Of a stretch of 64,000 nucleotides of DNA, positions 30,170 to 40,381 are shown one piece after another. Every line of letters starts with the position of its first letter. Within the stretch, counting starts at the first letter, position 1. The notes under the pieces were generated by a model that was not told where the DNA came from, searched no databases, and worked only from the letters and a program-made list of their open reading frames with translations. The stretch lies in the NCBI GenBank assembly GCA_963805625.1, contig CAWDVE010000016.1, positions 480,001-544,000 of the forward strand. The letters are read 5' to 3'. Made by a program: the position numbers and the translations under genes. Source of the stretch: an uncultured Candidatus Rokubacteria bacterium (GTDB lineage Bacteria > Methylomirabilota > Methylomirabilia > Rokubacteriales > DASRDR01).

Positions 30170-31152
30170 CAATGCTGGGTCCGGCGCAGCGTGCGCAGGA
30201 GGACAATCATGGCGGGCAGGAGCATGGGAAAGAGAAAGAGTGAAACAGCAGCGCCGCGTCCGAGGGCGCCCGCCCTGATGCCCATGTTGTAGGCGAGCGT
30301 GGGCAGAATCTCCGTCGCTCCGTCGGGTCCACCGTTCGTCAGGAGGTAGACGATGCTCAGGTCCGAGAGTGTGAAGACCGTGTCGAAGGCGCTGCCGATG
30401 AAGAGGATCGGCGCGATCATCGGCACGATGACCATCCGGAAGCGCTGCATGAATGTAGCCCCATCGACCTTGGCGGCGTCGATGACCTCGGGGGGGACCG
30501 AGGTGAGGCCGGCGAGGAGGACGATCGCGCTGAATGGAAAGCCGCGCCAGACGTTGACGAACATGACGGACAGGAGAGCCAGGCCAGGCTCGCCGAGCCA
30601 CACCGGCCACCCCGGACTGCCGTAGTCCCCGATCAGGTGGAGCCCACTCAGGGCCCAGTTGATCACGCTGAACTGCGAGTCGAACATCCATTTCCATCCC
30701 AGCACGCTGACGGCGATGGGGAGGGTGAAGGGGATGACGACCACGGCCCGGACTAGCTTCCGCCCTCTGAACGGCTGCAGGAGGAGGAACGCCAGGGTGG
30801 TCCCAAGAAAACCCTTGAGGATTCCCGCGCCGATCGTGAAGACGAGCGTGTTCCGGAGCGCCACGTAGAAGGTCGGGCTTTCGAGGGCCGATCGGAAGTT
30901 CTCGAGCCCGACGAACGCGGCCACGGGGTCGCCGACGGTTGCGTTGCTCATGGCGAGATAGAGTGAGAAGAGAAACGGGGCGCCGACCAGGAGACCGACG
31001 TATAGAATCGCTGGCGCCAAAAGGGTGTAGCCAAAGAGGTAGCGGCGGGCGGTCGGAGTGCGCCGCCACGGCATCACTCCGACGCGCCCGCGGATCGTGA
31101 CCGCGAGCGGTGTGCCCGAATGAGGAGTCCCGCCCGCGGCCACCTTCGTCAC
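30169..31152 (-). CDS. Carbohydrate ABC permease
   Basis: FVGLENF, NVWRGFPF, VPPEVIDAAKVDGA. Confidence 0.92.
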   Translation of the reverse strand: MTKVAAGGTPHSGTPLAVTIRGRVGVMPWRRTPTARRYLFGYTLLAPAILYVGLLVGAPFLFSLYLAMSNATVGDPVAAFVGLENFRSALESPTFYVALRNTLVFTIGAGILKGFLGTTLAFLLLQPFRGRKLVRAVVVIPFTLPIAVSVLGWKWMFDSQFSVINWALSGLHLIGDYGSPGWPVWLGEPGLALLSVMFVNVWRGFPFSAIVLLAGLTSVPPEVIDAAKVDGATFMQRFRMVIVPMIAPILFIGSAFDTVFTLSDLSIVYLLTNGGPDGATEILPTLAYNMGIRAGALGRGAAVSLFLFPMLLPAMIVLLRTLRRTQH

Positions 31153-31156
31153 GCCG

Positions 31157-32494
31157 CTAGGCAGCCTTGTACTTGGCGTAGATGCGCCGGATCTCCCCGA
31201 GGCCGAACTTCATGGCATCCTCGATCCCTGCCCCGCGAGCCACGCGCGTGAACATGTCGGGGACGACGAAGGTGGTGACGACCTCCTGGGCGGCGGGCGT
31301 CATGGGCCCGGGGTGGCCGAAGAAGGCCGTGATCTTCTCCTGATCCTGCAGGGCCGAGAGCTTGGAGTCGGTGCCCAGATACGGCATCGGCTTCTTGTAC
31401 TGGTCGCGTAGGAACGGCATGTTATAGCCCCGGCTCGCCTGCATCGCTTCCTTCTGGTTGTCCGAGATGTGCAGGATAAATTCCTTGGCAGCGGGGATGT
31501 TCTTCGAGAACTTCCAGATCGCCCAGACGTTCGGCTCGCCGACGTTCCACATGAGCCCGCTCGGGCCCGCCACCTCGGGGATGCAGAAGGTTTCCTGGAA
31601 CACCTTGGGGTTCGTGTCGCGGGTCGAGTGGAACGCGGAGATCGCGTCGTGGATCCAGGAGGCGACCCCCGAGGCGAGGAAGCGGTTATCGGAGGCGTCG
31701 TCCCAAGAGAAGACCTCGGGGGTCATGCCCTCGTCGTACATGGCTTTGGCGAACCGGAGGGCCTCCCGCATCTCCTTGGAATCGATCTCTATGTTCTGGC
31801 CGGAGGCGTCGGTCTCCTTGACCCCGAAGGAATACATCAGGGCGCGCCAGTTGTGGTTGGCGTCGTTGCAGTGCGAGAACTGCATGCCCGTGGGATGACC
31901 TTTCGGCTTGAGGACCTTCGCGGCCTGCCGGAGGTCCTCCCAGGTCTTGGGTTCGCCGAGGCCGACCGAAGCGAACAGGTCCTTCCGCCAGAGCACCGGG
32001 ATCGAGATGAAGAAGTCGGGGATTGCGTACCACCGCCCCCCAACCTGAGCCGCGCTCTTGGATGACTCGAGCCAACCCCCGTACTTCTTGTTCAGGGCGT
32101 CGGCGAGGTCGCCGAGATCGACGAGGTTCCGGTAGTACTGGCCGGTCAGGATCTGGCCGACGAAGTAGATCAGGTCGTGACCGGTGCCGGCGGCGAACTC
32201 GGCCGCATAGCGGGCGGGCAACTCGAGGTGCGGGATGTGATCCACCCGGACCTTGACGCCGTTCGCATCGCCCCACTTCTTGGCGAAATCGTCGAACCAG
32301 ACGTCGTAGGCGGGCACATAGTGGCTCCACTTGAGCATGCGTAGGTTCGTGCCCCGGATCTGCGCCGGAGCCTGGCGTGCCCGGAGCATAGTGAGGAGCG
32401 AGGCGCCGGCAGCCCCCCCGCCCGCGACACCCAGGAAGCGGCGGCGGCTGACCCCTTCGCGATCGGTCAGAGCGGATCGGGACTCACTCATCAT
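31157..32494 (-). CDS. Tat-exported sugar-type ABC solute-binding protein
   Basis: VSRRRFLG signal; WSHYVP, WRKDLF, PKTWEDL, WDDASDNR. Confidence 0.92.
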   Translation of the reverse strand: MMSESRSALTDREGVSRRRFLGVAGGGAAGASLLTMLRARQAPAQIRGTNLRMLKWSHYVPAYDVWFDDFAKKWGDANGVKVRVDHIPHLELPARYAAEFAAGTGHDLIYFVGQILTGQYYRNLVDLGDLADALNKKYGGWLESSKSAAQVGGRWYAIPDFFISIPVLWRKDLFASVGLGEPKTWEDLRQAAKVLKPKGHPTGMQFSHCNDANHNWRALMYSFGVKETDASGQNIEIDSKEMREALRFAKAMYDEGMTPEVFSWDDASDNRFLASGVASWIHDAISAFHSTRDTNPKVFQETFCIPEVAGPSGLMWNVGEPNVWAIWKFSKNIPAAKEFILHISDNQKEAMQASRGYNMPFLRDQYKKPMPYLGTDSKLSALQDQEKITAFFGHPGPMTPAAQEVVTTFVVPDMFTRVARGAGIEDAMKFGLGEIRRIYAKYKAA

Positions 32495-32679
32495 GGGCCT
32501 CCCTTGCGGGGGCCACGCGCCAGCCGTGGCGCGTGGCGCTACGGAGTCGGAGGAAGACTCGGGGGGACCAACCTACGACGCGACTGACCGACAAGGCGGA
32601 AGACGTCACGTGCAGCATCGGACTGGTGTGGGCCGTCGCTGGAACCACATTGGATAGCGCATCGGGTCTTGCCCGGACG

Positions 32680-33558
32680 TCAACCTTTGACGGCGCCCGT
32701 CAGCCCCGCCACGTAGTGCTCGACGAAGAAGGAGTAAATCAGGGCCACGGGGACCGAGCCGAGCAACGCGCCCGCCATGAGCGGGCCCCAGTAGAAGACG
32801 TCACCGCGGATCAGCTCCGACACCACGCCCACCGGCACCGTCTTCTGCTGGGGCGAGGAGAGGAACACCAGGGCGTAGATGAACTCGTTCCAGGACAGCG
32901 TGAACGCGAAGATGCCGGCCGACAGGATACCGGGCATGGCGATGGGGAAGACGATTTGGATCATGGCCCGGATGCGGCTGGCCCCGTCGATGCGAGCGCA
33001 CTCCTCGAGCTCCCGAGGGATGGTCTTGAAGTAGCCCATGAGGAGCCAGGTGCAGAACGGGATGAGGAATGTCGGGTACGTGAGGATCAGGGACCATGGG
33101 GTGTCACCGAGCCGGAAGTTCCGGATGATGTCGGCGAGCGGAATGAACAGGAGCGTCGGCGGGACCAGGTACGTGACGAAGATGCTCGTGCCGATACCGC
33201 CCGCCAGCGGGAACCGGAGCCGCGCCAGCGCGTATCCGGCCAGCAGCCCGCAGAACACCGAGATCAGCGTCGACACGATCGCGATGAACATCGTGTTGTA
33301 GAGCCAAGTTCCGAACATCGTCTCCCTGAAAAGGTACGTCATGTGCTCCCAGGTCGGATGGGTGGTCCAAAAAGGCGTGTTGTTTACGGCGCGCCACGGC
33401 CGGTACAGCTCGGCATCGGGGCGGAACGCGGTGATCAGCATCCAGTAGAAGGGGAACAGCGTCCCGACCATGAACAGGGTCAGGGGAATGTAGAAGTAGA
33501 ACCACTTCTTCCACCGAACCCCCTCGACCATCCCCGCGCCGGACCCGCCTCGGCTCAT
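32680..33558 (-). CDS. Carbohydrate ABC permease
   Basis: AGYALARLRF, YFKTIPRELEECARIDGA, YWGPLMAGAL. Confidence 0.93.
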   Translation of the reverse strand: MSRGGSGAGMVEGVRWKKWFYFYIPLTLFMVGTLFPFYWMLITAFRPDAELYRPWRAVNNTPFWTTHPTWEHMTYLFRETMFGTWLYNTMFIAIVSTLISVFCGLLAGYALARLRFPLAGGIGTSIFVTYLVPPTLLFIPLADIIRNFRLGDTPWSLILTYPTFLIPFCTWLLMGYFKTIPRELEECARIDGASRIRAMIQIVFPIAMPGILSAGIFAFTLSWNEFIYALVFLSSPQQKTVPVGVVSELIRGDVFYWGPLMAGALLGSVPVALIYSFFVEHYVAGLTGAVKG

Positions 33559-33559
33559 G

Positions 33560-34546
33560 CTAGGCCCCTTCCACGCGCCGGATGTACCAGAGCTGGATCA
33601 CCACGATGATGAAGAGCAGCGGGAACATGGCCAGGGACGCGGCGGCGCCCTCGCCGAGGAGCCCCGTGTTGATGCCGATCTGGTAGGCGTAGGTGGCGAA
33701 GAGGTGGGTCGCGTTGGCTGGCCCGCCATTGGTGAGGACGTAGACCAGCTGGAAGTCGGCGAACGTCTGGATAACGGAGAAGAGCGTCACCACCATCGTC
33801 ACCGGGAGGAGGAGCGGCCAGGTGATCCGCCAGAAGCGCTGCCAGGTGTTGGCGCCGTCGATGGCCGCCGCTTCGTGGAGCTCGGGGCTCACCGTCTGAA
33901 GCCCGGCCAGGAGCGTGATCGCGTAGAAGGGCATGCCGCGCCAGATGTTCACGATGATGATCGACCCCAGGGCCAGCGTGGGGTCGGTCAGCCACCCGAT
34001 CCGCGTCTGGATGATTCCGGCGTGATAGAGGGTCCAGTTCAGGACGCTGAAGGTGGGGTCGAACATCCACTTCCACGCGAAGGTCGACAGCACGGTCGGC
34101 ACGATGAAGGGGAGGAGCATCGAGGCTCGCACCAGGCGCTTGCCCTTGAAGTGTCGGTTCAGAAGGAGCGCCAGCCACATACCCAGCGCGAGCTTCCCGA
34201 CGGTGGCGATCCCCGTGTAGACGAACGTGTTGTAGGCGGCTTGCTGGAAGATCGAGTCGTTCCAGATCTTGACGAAGTTCTTGAAGCCCACGAAGACGCC
34301 CGGAACCCCGACGGTGGCGCTGGTCAGGGAGATCCAGACGCCCTTGACGAACGGATAGGCGATGAACAGCGCGAGCAGGAGGATCGTGGGCGCGAGGAGA
34401 ATCCACCCGAGGACCCGCTCGTCCTCGAGGAGTTTTCCCCTCGCCCCCGCGCGCCGGGCGACCGGGACGATCGTGGGCACGGCGGTAGCCTGCCCAACCT
34501 CGCCCCGGCCGCCGGCGATCGGCCGGATGCGGCGGCCCTCGTTCAT
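33560..34546 (-). CDS. Carbohydrate ABC permease
   Basis: FVGFKNF, NIWRGMPF, ELHEAAAIDGA. Confidence 0.93.
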   Translation of the reverse strand: MNEGRRIRPIAGGRGEVGQATAVPTIVPVARRAGARGKLLEDERVLGWILLAPTILLLALFIAYPFVKGVWISLTSATVGVPGVFVGFKNFVKIWNDSIFQQAAYNTFVYTGIATVGKLALGMWLALLLNRHFKGKRLVRASMLLPFIVPTVLSTFAWKWMFDPTFSVLNWTLYHAGIIQTRIGWLTDPTLALGSIIIVNIWRGMPFYAITLLAGLQTVSPELHEAAAIDGANTWQRFWRITWPLLLPVTMVVTLFSVIQTFADFQLVYVLTNGGPANATHLFATYAYQIGINTGLLGEGAAASLAMFPLLFIIVVIQLWYIRRVEGA

Positions 34547-34571
34547 GACCGGGCCGCCTTCGAGTTCATGT

Positions 34572-35882
34572 CTACGCGCCGTAGACCTTCTTCAGCTCGC
34601 CCTCGGCCCACTTCACTGCTTCCTCGGCCGCCATGCCCTGGATGGCCTTCGCGTACATGTCGATGATGATGTACTTCGAGTAGGCCTCGGACGCCTTCGC
34701 GTTGGCGGGGCCGGCCCACCCGAAGAGCCGGAGCTTGCTGGCCGCATCCCGATAGGGCAGCATGACCGGATCCTGCTGCCAGAGGGGGTGAGACTCCCAC
34801 ATCTTGGTCAGACCCTGAGCGAATCCCTTCTGCGCGGTGAACCAGACCTCGAACTGCGGCTTCGCGTACCACCACTTCAGGAAGTCCTTGGCGAGCTTCT
34901 GGTTCTTCGAGTAGCTCATGACGCCGTGGTTGAACGCGGTGTGGATCGCATAGGCGCCGGCCGGCCCGGGCGGGTGTGCCGCGTGCTGGATGTCGGTGTG
35001 CATCAGCGCGCCGGTGTCGGTCTTGTACTTCTCCTTGTTCCGGAGCGACTCGATGTAGATCGACGCGCCGTTGATGGTGGCGCTGATGGTGCCCGAGAGG
35101 AAGGCCCGGTTGTTGTTGGAGTCGTCCCAGGCCAGCCCGCCCTCGTCGCAGGCGTCCTTCCAGAAGCCCGTGAAGAACTTCACGGACTCGACGGTTTCCT
35201 TCGAATTGATGGCCACCTTGCCGTCGGTCCCCACTTCCTTCCCGCCCCAGGCCCACATGGCGGGATACCAGAAGGTGGGGGCGTCGCCGAACGTGTGGCC
35301 AGCCGTCTGGCCGATCGGATAGCCCTTGGCCTTGAGCTTCTTGCCGACGTCGCGGTAGGCCTCCCAGGTCTTCGGGAACTCGTTGGCGCCAGCCTCGGCG
35401 AAGAGGGACTTGCGGTAGGCGATCATTCCGCCGACCACACAGTGGGGCGCGGCGCGCCAGACGCCGTTGACCTTGGCCAGGCCCTCGGCGGCCGGGTAGT
35501 AGCCGCCCTGCTCCTTTCCGATCACGTCCACGATGTCACCGACATCGATCAGGCTCTTCTCGTAGAGATGGGCGAGGTTGTGCTGGAGGAGGAAGATGTC
35601 CGCGCCCGCGCCCGAGGAGATCGCCGCGGTGATGCGCGGCTGGATGTCGTTCGCGTTGATCGTCTCGACCGTGATCTCCGCGCCGAGCGCCTTCCCGGCC
35701 TCCACCGCCTGCTTCTTGAGCGCCTCGTCGGCGGCCGGGACGAAATCCACCCAGCGGACCATGTGGAGCTTCTGGCCCTGGGCGTAGGCGGGAGCCCGAC
35801 CGGAGGCGAGGATACCCGCCAGCCCGGCCGTGGTGGTACCCGTGACCTTCAGGAACGACCGGCGATCCATCTTACCCGCCAT
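34572..35882 (-). CDS. Tat-exported sugar-type ABC solute-binding protein
   Basis: MDRRSFLK signal; YRKSLF, FPKTWE, GHTFGDA, WDDSNNNRAF; AAGGAGG RBS before ATG 35882. Confidence 0.92.
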   Translation of the reverse strand: MAGKMDRRSFLKVTGTTTAGLAGILASGRAPAYAQGQKLHMVRWVDFVPAADEALKKQAVEAGKALGAEITVETINANDIQPRITAAISSGAGADIFLLQHNLAHLYEKSLIDVGDIVDVIGKEQGGYYPAAEGLAKVNGVWRAAPHCVVGGMIAYRKSLFAEAGANEFPKTWEAYRDVGKKLKAKGYPIGQTAGHTFGDAPTFWYPAMWAWGGKEVGTDGKVAINSKETVESVKFFTGFWKDACDEGGLAWDDSNNNRAFLSGTISATINGASIYIESLRNKEKYKTDTGALMHTDIQHAAHPPGPAGAYAIHTAFNHGVMSYSKNQKLAKDFLKWWYAKPQFEVWFTAQKGFAQGLTKMWESHPLWQQDPVMLPYRDAASKLRLFGWAGPANAKASEAYSKYIIIDMYAKAIQGMAAEEAVKWAEGELKKVYGA

Positions 35883-36326
35883 CAGCGCCTCCTTGCGCAC
35901 GAGCGCGGGAGTCTGACCCGCACCCGTCAGCTGTAGAACTTCTCGAGCTCTCCGTCGGTCATCAAGTCATGCACCACAGCAGGCGAAGCCGTCATCCCGG
36001 CGCCTCGGTCGGCGCTCCGTCGGGCGCTGCGTTTCCCGACGCTGGCACGCTTCCCTTGGGGGAGGTGGGGCTCATCCTCGCAGCCTCAGCCAATGCACCG
36101 ACCGGCACCCGCGCGGCGGGTCCCTGCGAACCGTGATGGGCGACTGCCCTGGGGCTTGTTCACTGAAGGTTCGAGGTCCGATTTGCCGATCTTGGTGCCG
36201 CGACTCTATCACAACCCGGCCGGAGGCTGTCAACGGGGCCGACCCGGCAGGGCGGGCCCTTGGCTGCGGGTCAGGCCGCGGCCGGATGACCACGGGAGTC
36301 CCCGCGGCCCGGGGCCCGCCGGGCCG

Positions 36327-37589
36327 TCAGACTCCCGGGGCCAGGGCGGGGACTCGGGCTGGCGCCCGGAGCGTCAGGGCCACTGCCACCGCACCCGCCC
36401 CGACGAGCGTGCTGGCGAGGTGGAGGCTCCAGTACGTGCCCAGGTGGTCGAAGAGGAATCCGCCGCCGTAGGCGCCGAGACCCATCCCGATGCAGGAGAT
36501 GAAGAAGATCCCCCCGAAGGTCATGCCGACCACCCGCTCGCCGAAGAATTCGCGGGCGACCAGGGCATAGAGGGGCATGGCGCCTCCGTAGGCGACGCCG
36601 AAGACCAGGGCGACGGCGAACAGGGACACGGCTCCGTCGGCGTATAGGTACGTGGAGAGGGTTGCGGCCTGAAGCGCGAGCATGCCCAGGAGCGCAGGCT
36701 TCGCGCCAAGTCGGTCGGCGAGAACGCCGCTCGACAGCCGACCGATGATGCTGGTTGCTCCGGAGAGACCGAGCATCGAGGCCGCGGCCATTTTGGTGAC
36801 GCCCAGGTCCATGGCGTGGGCCACCATGTGAAAGATCGGTCCCGAGTGCGCCGCGCAGCACCCGAAGTGAACGAGGGCCACCCCCCAGAAGGCCGGGTGC
36901 CGGAGCACGTCCGCCGCGGTCATGTCCTCGCCCGGCGGCGCCCGGCGCGCTCCGCTCGACGCGGGCGCCGCGCCATAGCTCCGGAGCCCCCGATCCTCAG
37001 GCTGGTCTGCGAGGTACCGGAGGGCCACACTCCCCACGACCCAGGTGAGTCCGCCGAACACGGCGAAGGTCACCCGCCACCCGAACGCGGTGATGAGGGC
37101 GCGAGCGCTGGGCGGGACGACGAAGATCCCGAGCCCCATGCCGCTCGAGATGATGCCCATGGCGAGTCCGCGCCGCGCGGCGAACCACCGCGTGGCGGTC
37201 GCCGAGAGCGGGACGTAGAACGCGCTCGCGCCGAGAGCCCCGAGGATGCCGAACGCGACGTAGAGCTGCCCGGCCGAGCGGATCTGGCTGGAGACGAGGA
37301 GGGCGGCACCGAGCAGGCCGGAGCCGGCCCCGACGACGCGCCGGGCCCCGATCCGATCGGAGAGGATTCCCGCCACGAGGGAGCCAACCCCGAAGATGAC
37401 CCAGTTGACGAAGGCGACCCCGGAGATCAGGGACCGGGTCCAGCCGAACTCTTCCTCGAGGGGCCGAAGGAACACGGCCAGCGAGAAGATGGTGCCGGTG
37501 CCGACGGCGATGATGGCGACCGACGCCGCGAGGACGACCCAGCCGTAGAAGACGCGGGAGCCGGTCGCGACTCGAACCGGTGCGGCCAC
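36327..37589 (-). CDS. MFS transporter (OFA/MCT-like)
   Basis: FYGWVVL, GILSDRIGAR motif A, RWFAARRGLAMG, ~12 TM segments. Confidence 0.9.
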   Translation of the reverse strand: MAAPVRVATGSRVFYGWVVLAASVAIIAVGTGTIFSLAVFLRPLEEEFGWTRSLISGVAFVNWVIFGVGSLVAGILSDRIGARRVVGAGSGLLGAALLVSSQIRSAGQLYVAFGILGALGASAFYVPLSATATRWFAARRGLAMGIISSGMGLGIFVVPPSARALITAFGWRVTFAVFGGLTWVVGSVALRYLADQPEDRGLRSYGAAPASSGARRAPPGEDMTAADVLRHPAFWGVALVHFGCCAAHSGPIFHMVAHAMDLGVTKMAAASMLGLSGATSIIGRLSSGVLADRLGAKPALLGMLALQAATLSTYLYADGAVSLFAVALVFGVAYGGAMPLYALVAREFFGERVVGMTFGGIFFISCIGMGLGAYGGGFLFDHLGTYWSLHLASTLVGAGAVAVALTLRAPARVPALAPGV

Positions 37590-37624
37590 GACTCCGGATT
37601 ATACGCGTCTGGAGCGCGCTGGCC

Positions 37625-38942
37625 TCAGCGCCACGTCTGCCCGGTCGGCTCGCGGACCCCGAGGAGGAGGACCACGGCGACCGCCATGGCGCCGGCGAGC
37701 GCGATCCAGCCCGGCCCGTAGCTGCCGAGACGGTCGGCGAGCGCCCCGACGAGCGGCGCTCCCGCGATCACACCGAGTGACGAGACGGCCAGACAGAGGC
37801 CGACGGCGGTCGCCGCGGACTCGCGGCCGGCGAGCTCGGCCACGAGCGTGTGGTGCACGCCGTTCCACCCGATCCTGGCCACGCCGAAGGCCAGCGCGAC
37901 CAGGGCGAGCCACGTCGCCGGCGAGCCGGGCTCGAGCCCGCCGGTCGCGAGACAGAGGAGGCCGCTGGCGATTCCCGCCCCCAGCAGGACGATCAGCCGC
38001 CGTCCACCGAGCACGCGGTCCGAGAGGACGCCGAAGCCTACGCGGCCGAGGATCCCGCCACCCTGGGCGAGCCCGAGCACCGCGCCGGCGCCGATGACCG
38101 AGAGCCCCACGACCTCGGAGAGGTAGAGCGGCGCGTAGCTGATCCACGACACCTGGACCGCCGCGTACAGGGAAGGTCGCCCACGAGACGAGCCAGATGG
38201 GCCGGCTTGCGAGCACGACGCGCGGCTGCGGGCCCGGGCGGCCGCCGCCCGCGTGGGCGGATTCCCGCGGCGGCTCGCGGTACCCGAGGCCCACCGCCGC
38301 GGCGGACAGGAGGATGAGCCCGGCCGCGACCGCCAGCGCACCGCGCCAGCCGAGGCTCGCCGGGATCGCCAGCGTGGGGAGCGCCAGCGCGCCCAGCGCG
38401 CCGCCCAGGGGAAATCCCGCCTGCTTCACGCCGACGACGGTGGCGCGGCTCCGCGCCGGGAACCACACGAGGACGCCCTTGGTGGAGGTCGGATTGACGG
38501 TGCCGAAACCGACGCCCGCCAGCGTGACCAGCGCCAGGAGGATCGGGTAGCCGGGCGCCAAGACCATCAGGGCGAAGCAGACTCCGACGAGGGCCTGGCC
38601 GGCCAGAAGCGTCCACCGCACGCCGATGCGATCCGCGAGCCAGCCCGCGGGGAACGACGTCAGCGCCCCCCCGACGTAGAAGGCCGACAGGAACGAGCCT
38701 GCCTCCTGTCGGGTGAGGCCGAGGTCGCCGCGGAGCAAGGGAGCCAGCGCGGGCAGACCGAGCGCTCCGAGGTTGCTCGCGGTCTGCACGGCCATGATCA
38801 GCGCGAGGGCGACGAAGCGATACGACGGGAGCGCGGGCGAGAATCCGGGCACGGAGCCGATCGTAGCACCCGGGGTACGAAGGAATTCGGCCGGGCGCTC
38901 GGGCACGAGCTCCGCTTTGACGCGCACGGACTCGCGTGACAC
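37625..38942 (-). pseudogene. MFS transporter with a single +1 frameshift at ~38170
   Basis: GWLADRIGVR (N-half) and GVLSDRVLG (C-half) lie in different frames; ACCTTCCCTGTAC reads TFLY if one C is removed. Confidence 0.82.
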
Positions 38943-39023
38943 GATCAGGCCGTACCGCAGGGGCGCGGCGCCCCGAGTGAAGACACGAGGCCTGTGCGGC
39001 CACGCCGATCAGCGGAGGGAGCG

Positions 39024-40127
39024 ATGGTCACGGTCATCCACGAGGATCGGGAAACGGAGATCGCCGGGGCGCGCGCCGTCGGTGAGAGTCTCTGGCTGTC
39101 GAGTGCCGACGTCCACCGGGCGACGGGCTGGACGGTCACGCCCGAGGGACTCTGCCGCGAGGGAGTCTGCGTCCCGGTGCCACGGGGCCACGACGCCGAC
39201 GTCATCCGGGGCGACGCGGTCGACATCGCCGCCGTCTGGCGGCACGTCGGCCATCCGGTGGTGCGCGACGGCGCGAGGCAGGTCTGGGTGCTGGGCACCG
39301 GGGCGGCCGAGCGGGCTCGCGCTCTTCGGTCGCTGGAGGCGCCGGACTTCGCGCTTCCCGATCTCGACGGGCGCATGCACGCCCTGTCGGATCATCGCGG
39401 GACGAAGGTGCTGCTGGTGACGTGGGCCTCCTGGTGAGGCTGCCGCGCCGACCTGCCGGTCTGGCAGGCCCTCTACGAAGACCTGAAGGCCCGCCGCTTC
39501 ACGGTCATGGCCGTGGCCATGGATCGAACCTCCGACGCGGCCCGCCCCTGGATCGAGGCCGCAAAACCGAGCTATCCGTGCGTCATCGATCACGACCACC
39601 GGGTGGCCGAGCTCTACAACATGGTCAACGTGCCGCAGGCGGTCTGGATCGACGAGACCGGGCACATCGTGCGACCGACCGAGAGCGCCGGCGCCTACGA
39701 GGGATTCCGCTCCATGGATCGCACGACCCGGAAGGTCCCCGATGAGGTGGCCGCGATCACCAGCCGGGCCAAGCGCACCTACGTCGACGCCGTCCGCGAC
39801 TGGGTGATCCGGGGTCGCTCGAGCGTCCACGTGTTCGGTCCGGAGCAAGCGACCGCGCATCTGACCCTGCCGGACGAGAGCGTCGCCCGGGCGCACGCGC
39901 ATTTTCGTCTGGGACAGCACCTGCTGAGGCGAGGCGAGGAGTCCGCGGCGCGAGCCGAGTTCGAGGCAGCGCGGCGCTTTCACCCGGATTCGTGGAACAT
40001 CTGGCGCCAGACGGCGGCGGTCGATGCGCGCGGGCTGGCGGCGGGCCCGGAGTTCTGGGAGCGCGTCGAGGCGCTCGGCAGCCGCCGGTACTACGCGCCC
40101 GTCGACATGGAGGGCATGCCGGACTGA
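39024..40127 (+). CDS. Selenocysteine-containing thioredoxin-fold (TlpA/ResA-like, WAxxUGC motif) redoxin with C-terminal TPR-like helices
   Basis: ORFs 38994-39437 and 39507-40127 are in the same frame, separated only by TGA 39435-39437 in APDFALPDLDG...KVLLVTWASW-U-GCRADLPVWQALYEDL. SECIS-like hairpin immediately downstream; GGAGGGAG RBS before ATG 39024; 367 aa, U at codon 138. Confidence 0.9.
39435..39470 (+). promoter_or_regulatory. Bacterial SECIS element
   Basis: TGA followed by hairpin CCTGCC-GGTCT-GGCAGG (39452-39468); apical GGUCU starts 21 nt after the UGA, resembling the E. coli fdhF SECIS apex. Confidence 0.85.
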
Positions 40128-40381
40128 TACGCTGCCCGGCATCTGCCGGGTTCGTCCGAGCGACGAGTCGAGGGTCCTGCGAGGCCCGAGGGACGTGGCC
40201 CCCGGTCTGTCTCGGACGACCAAGAGGCTCACGCCCTAAAGCGCCTCGCTCTCTGGCCCGCCTTCCTCCCGGTCCCCAAGCTCCAGAAGAGGCGCGGCAG
40301 TCTGCCGCGACCCTTGACCCGGTGCGCGCGCGGCCGTAACGTGGGTCCGCCATTAGGCGGATACGCGCAGAGCATACACGC

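Noticed and set aside
35883-36235. ~310-nt leader upstream of the SBP with a possible 22-aa uORF or riboswitch
   Set aside because: No recognisable aptamer, the uORF lacks a clear RBS, and promoter spacing (TTGACA-N19) is poor.
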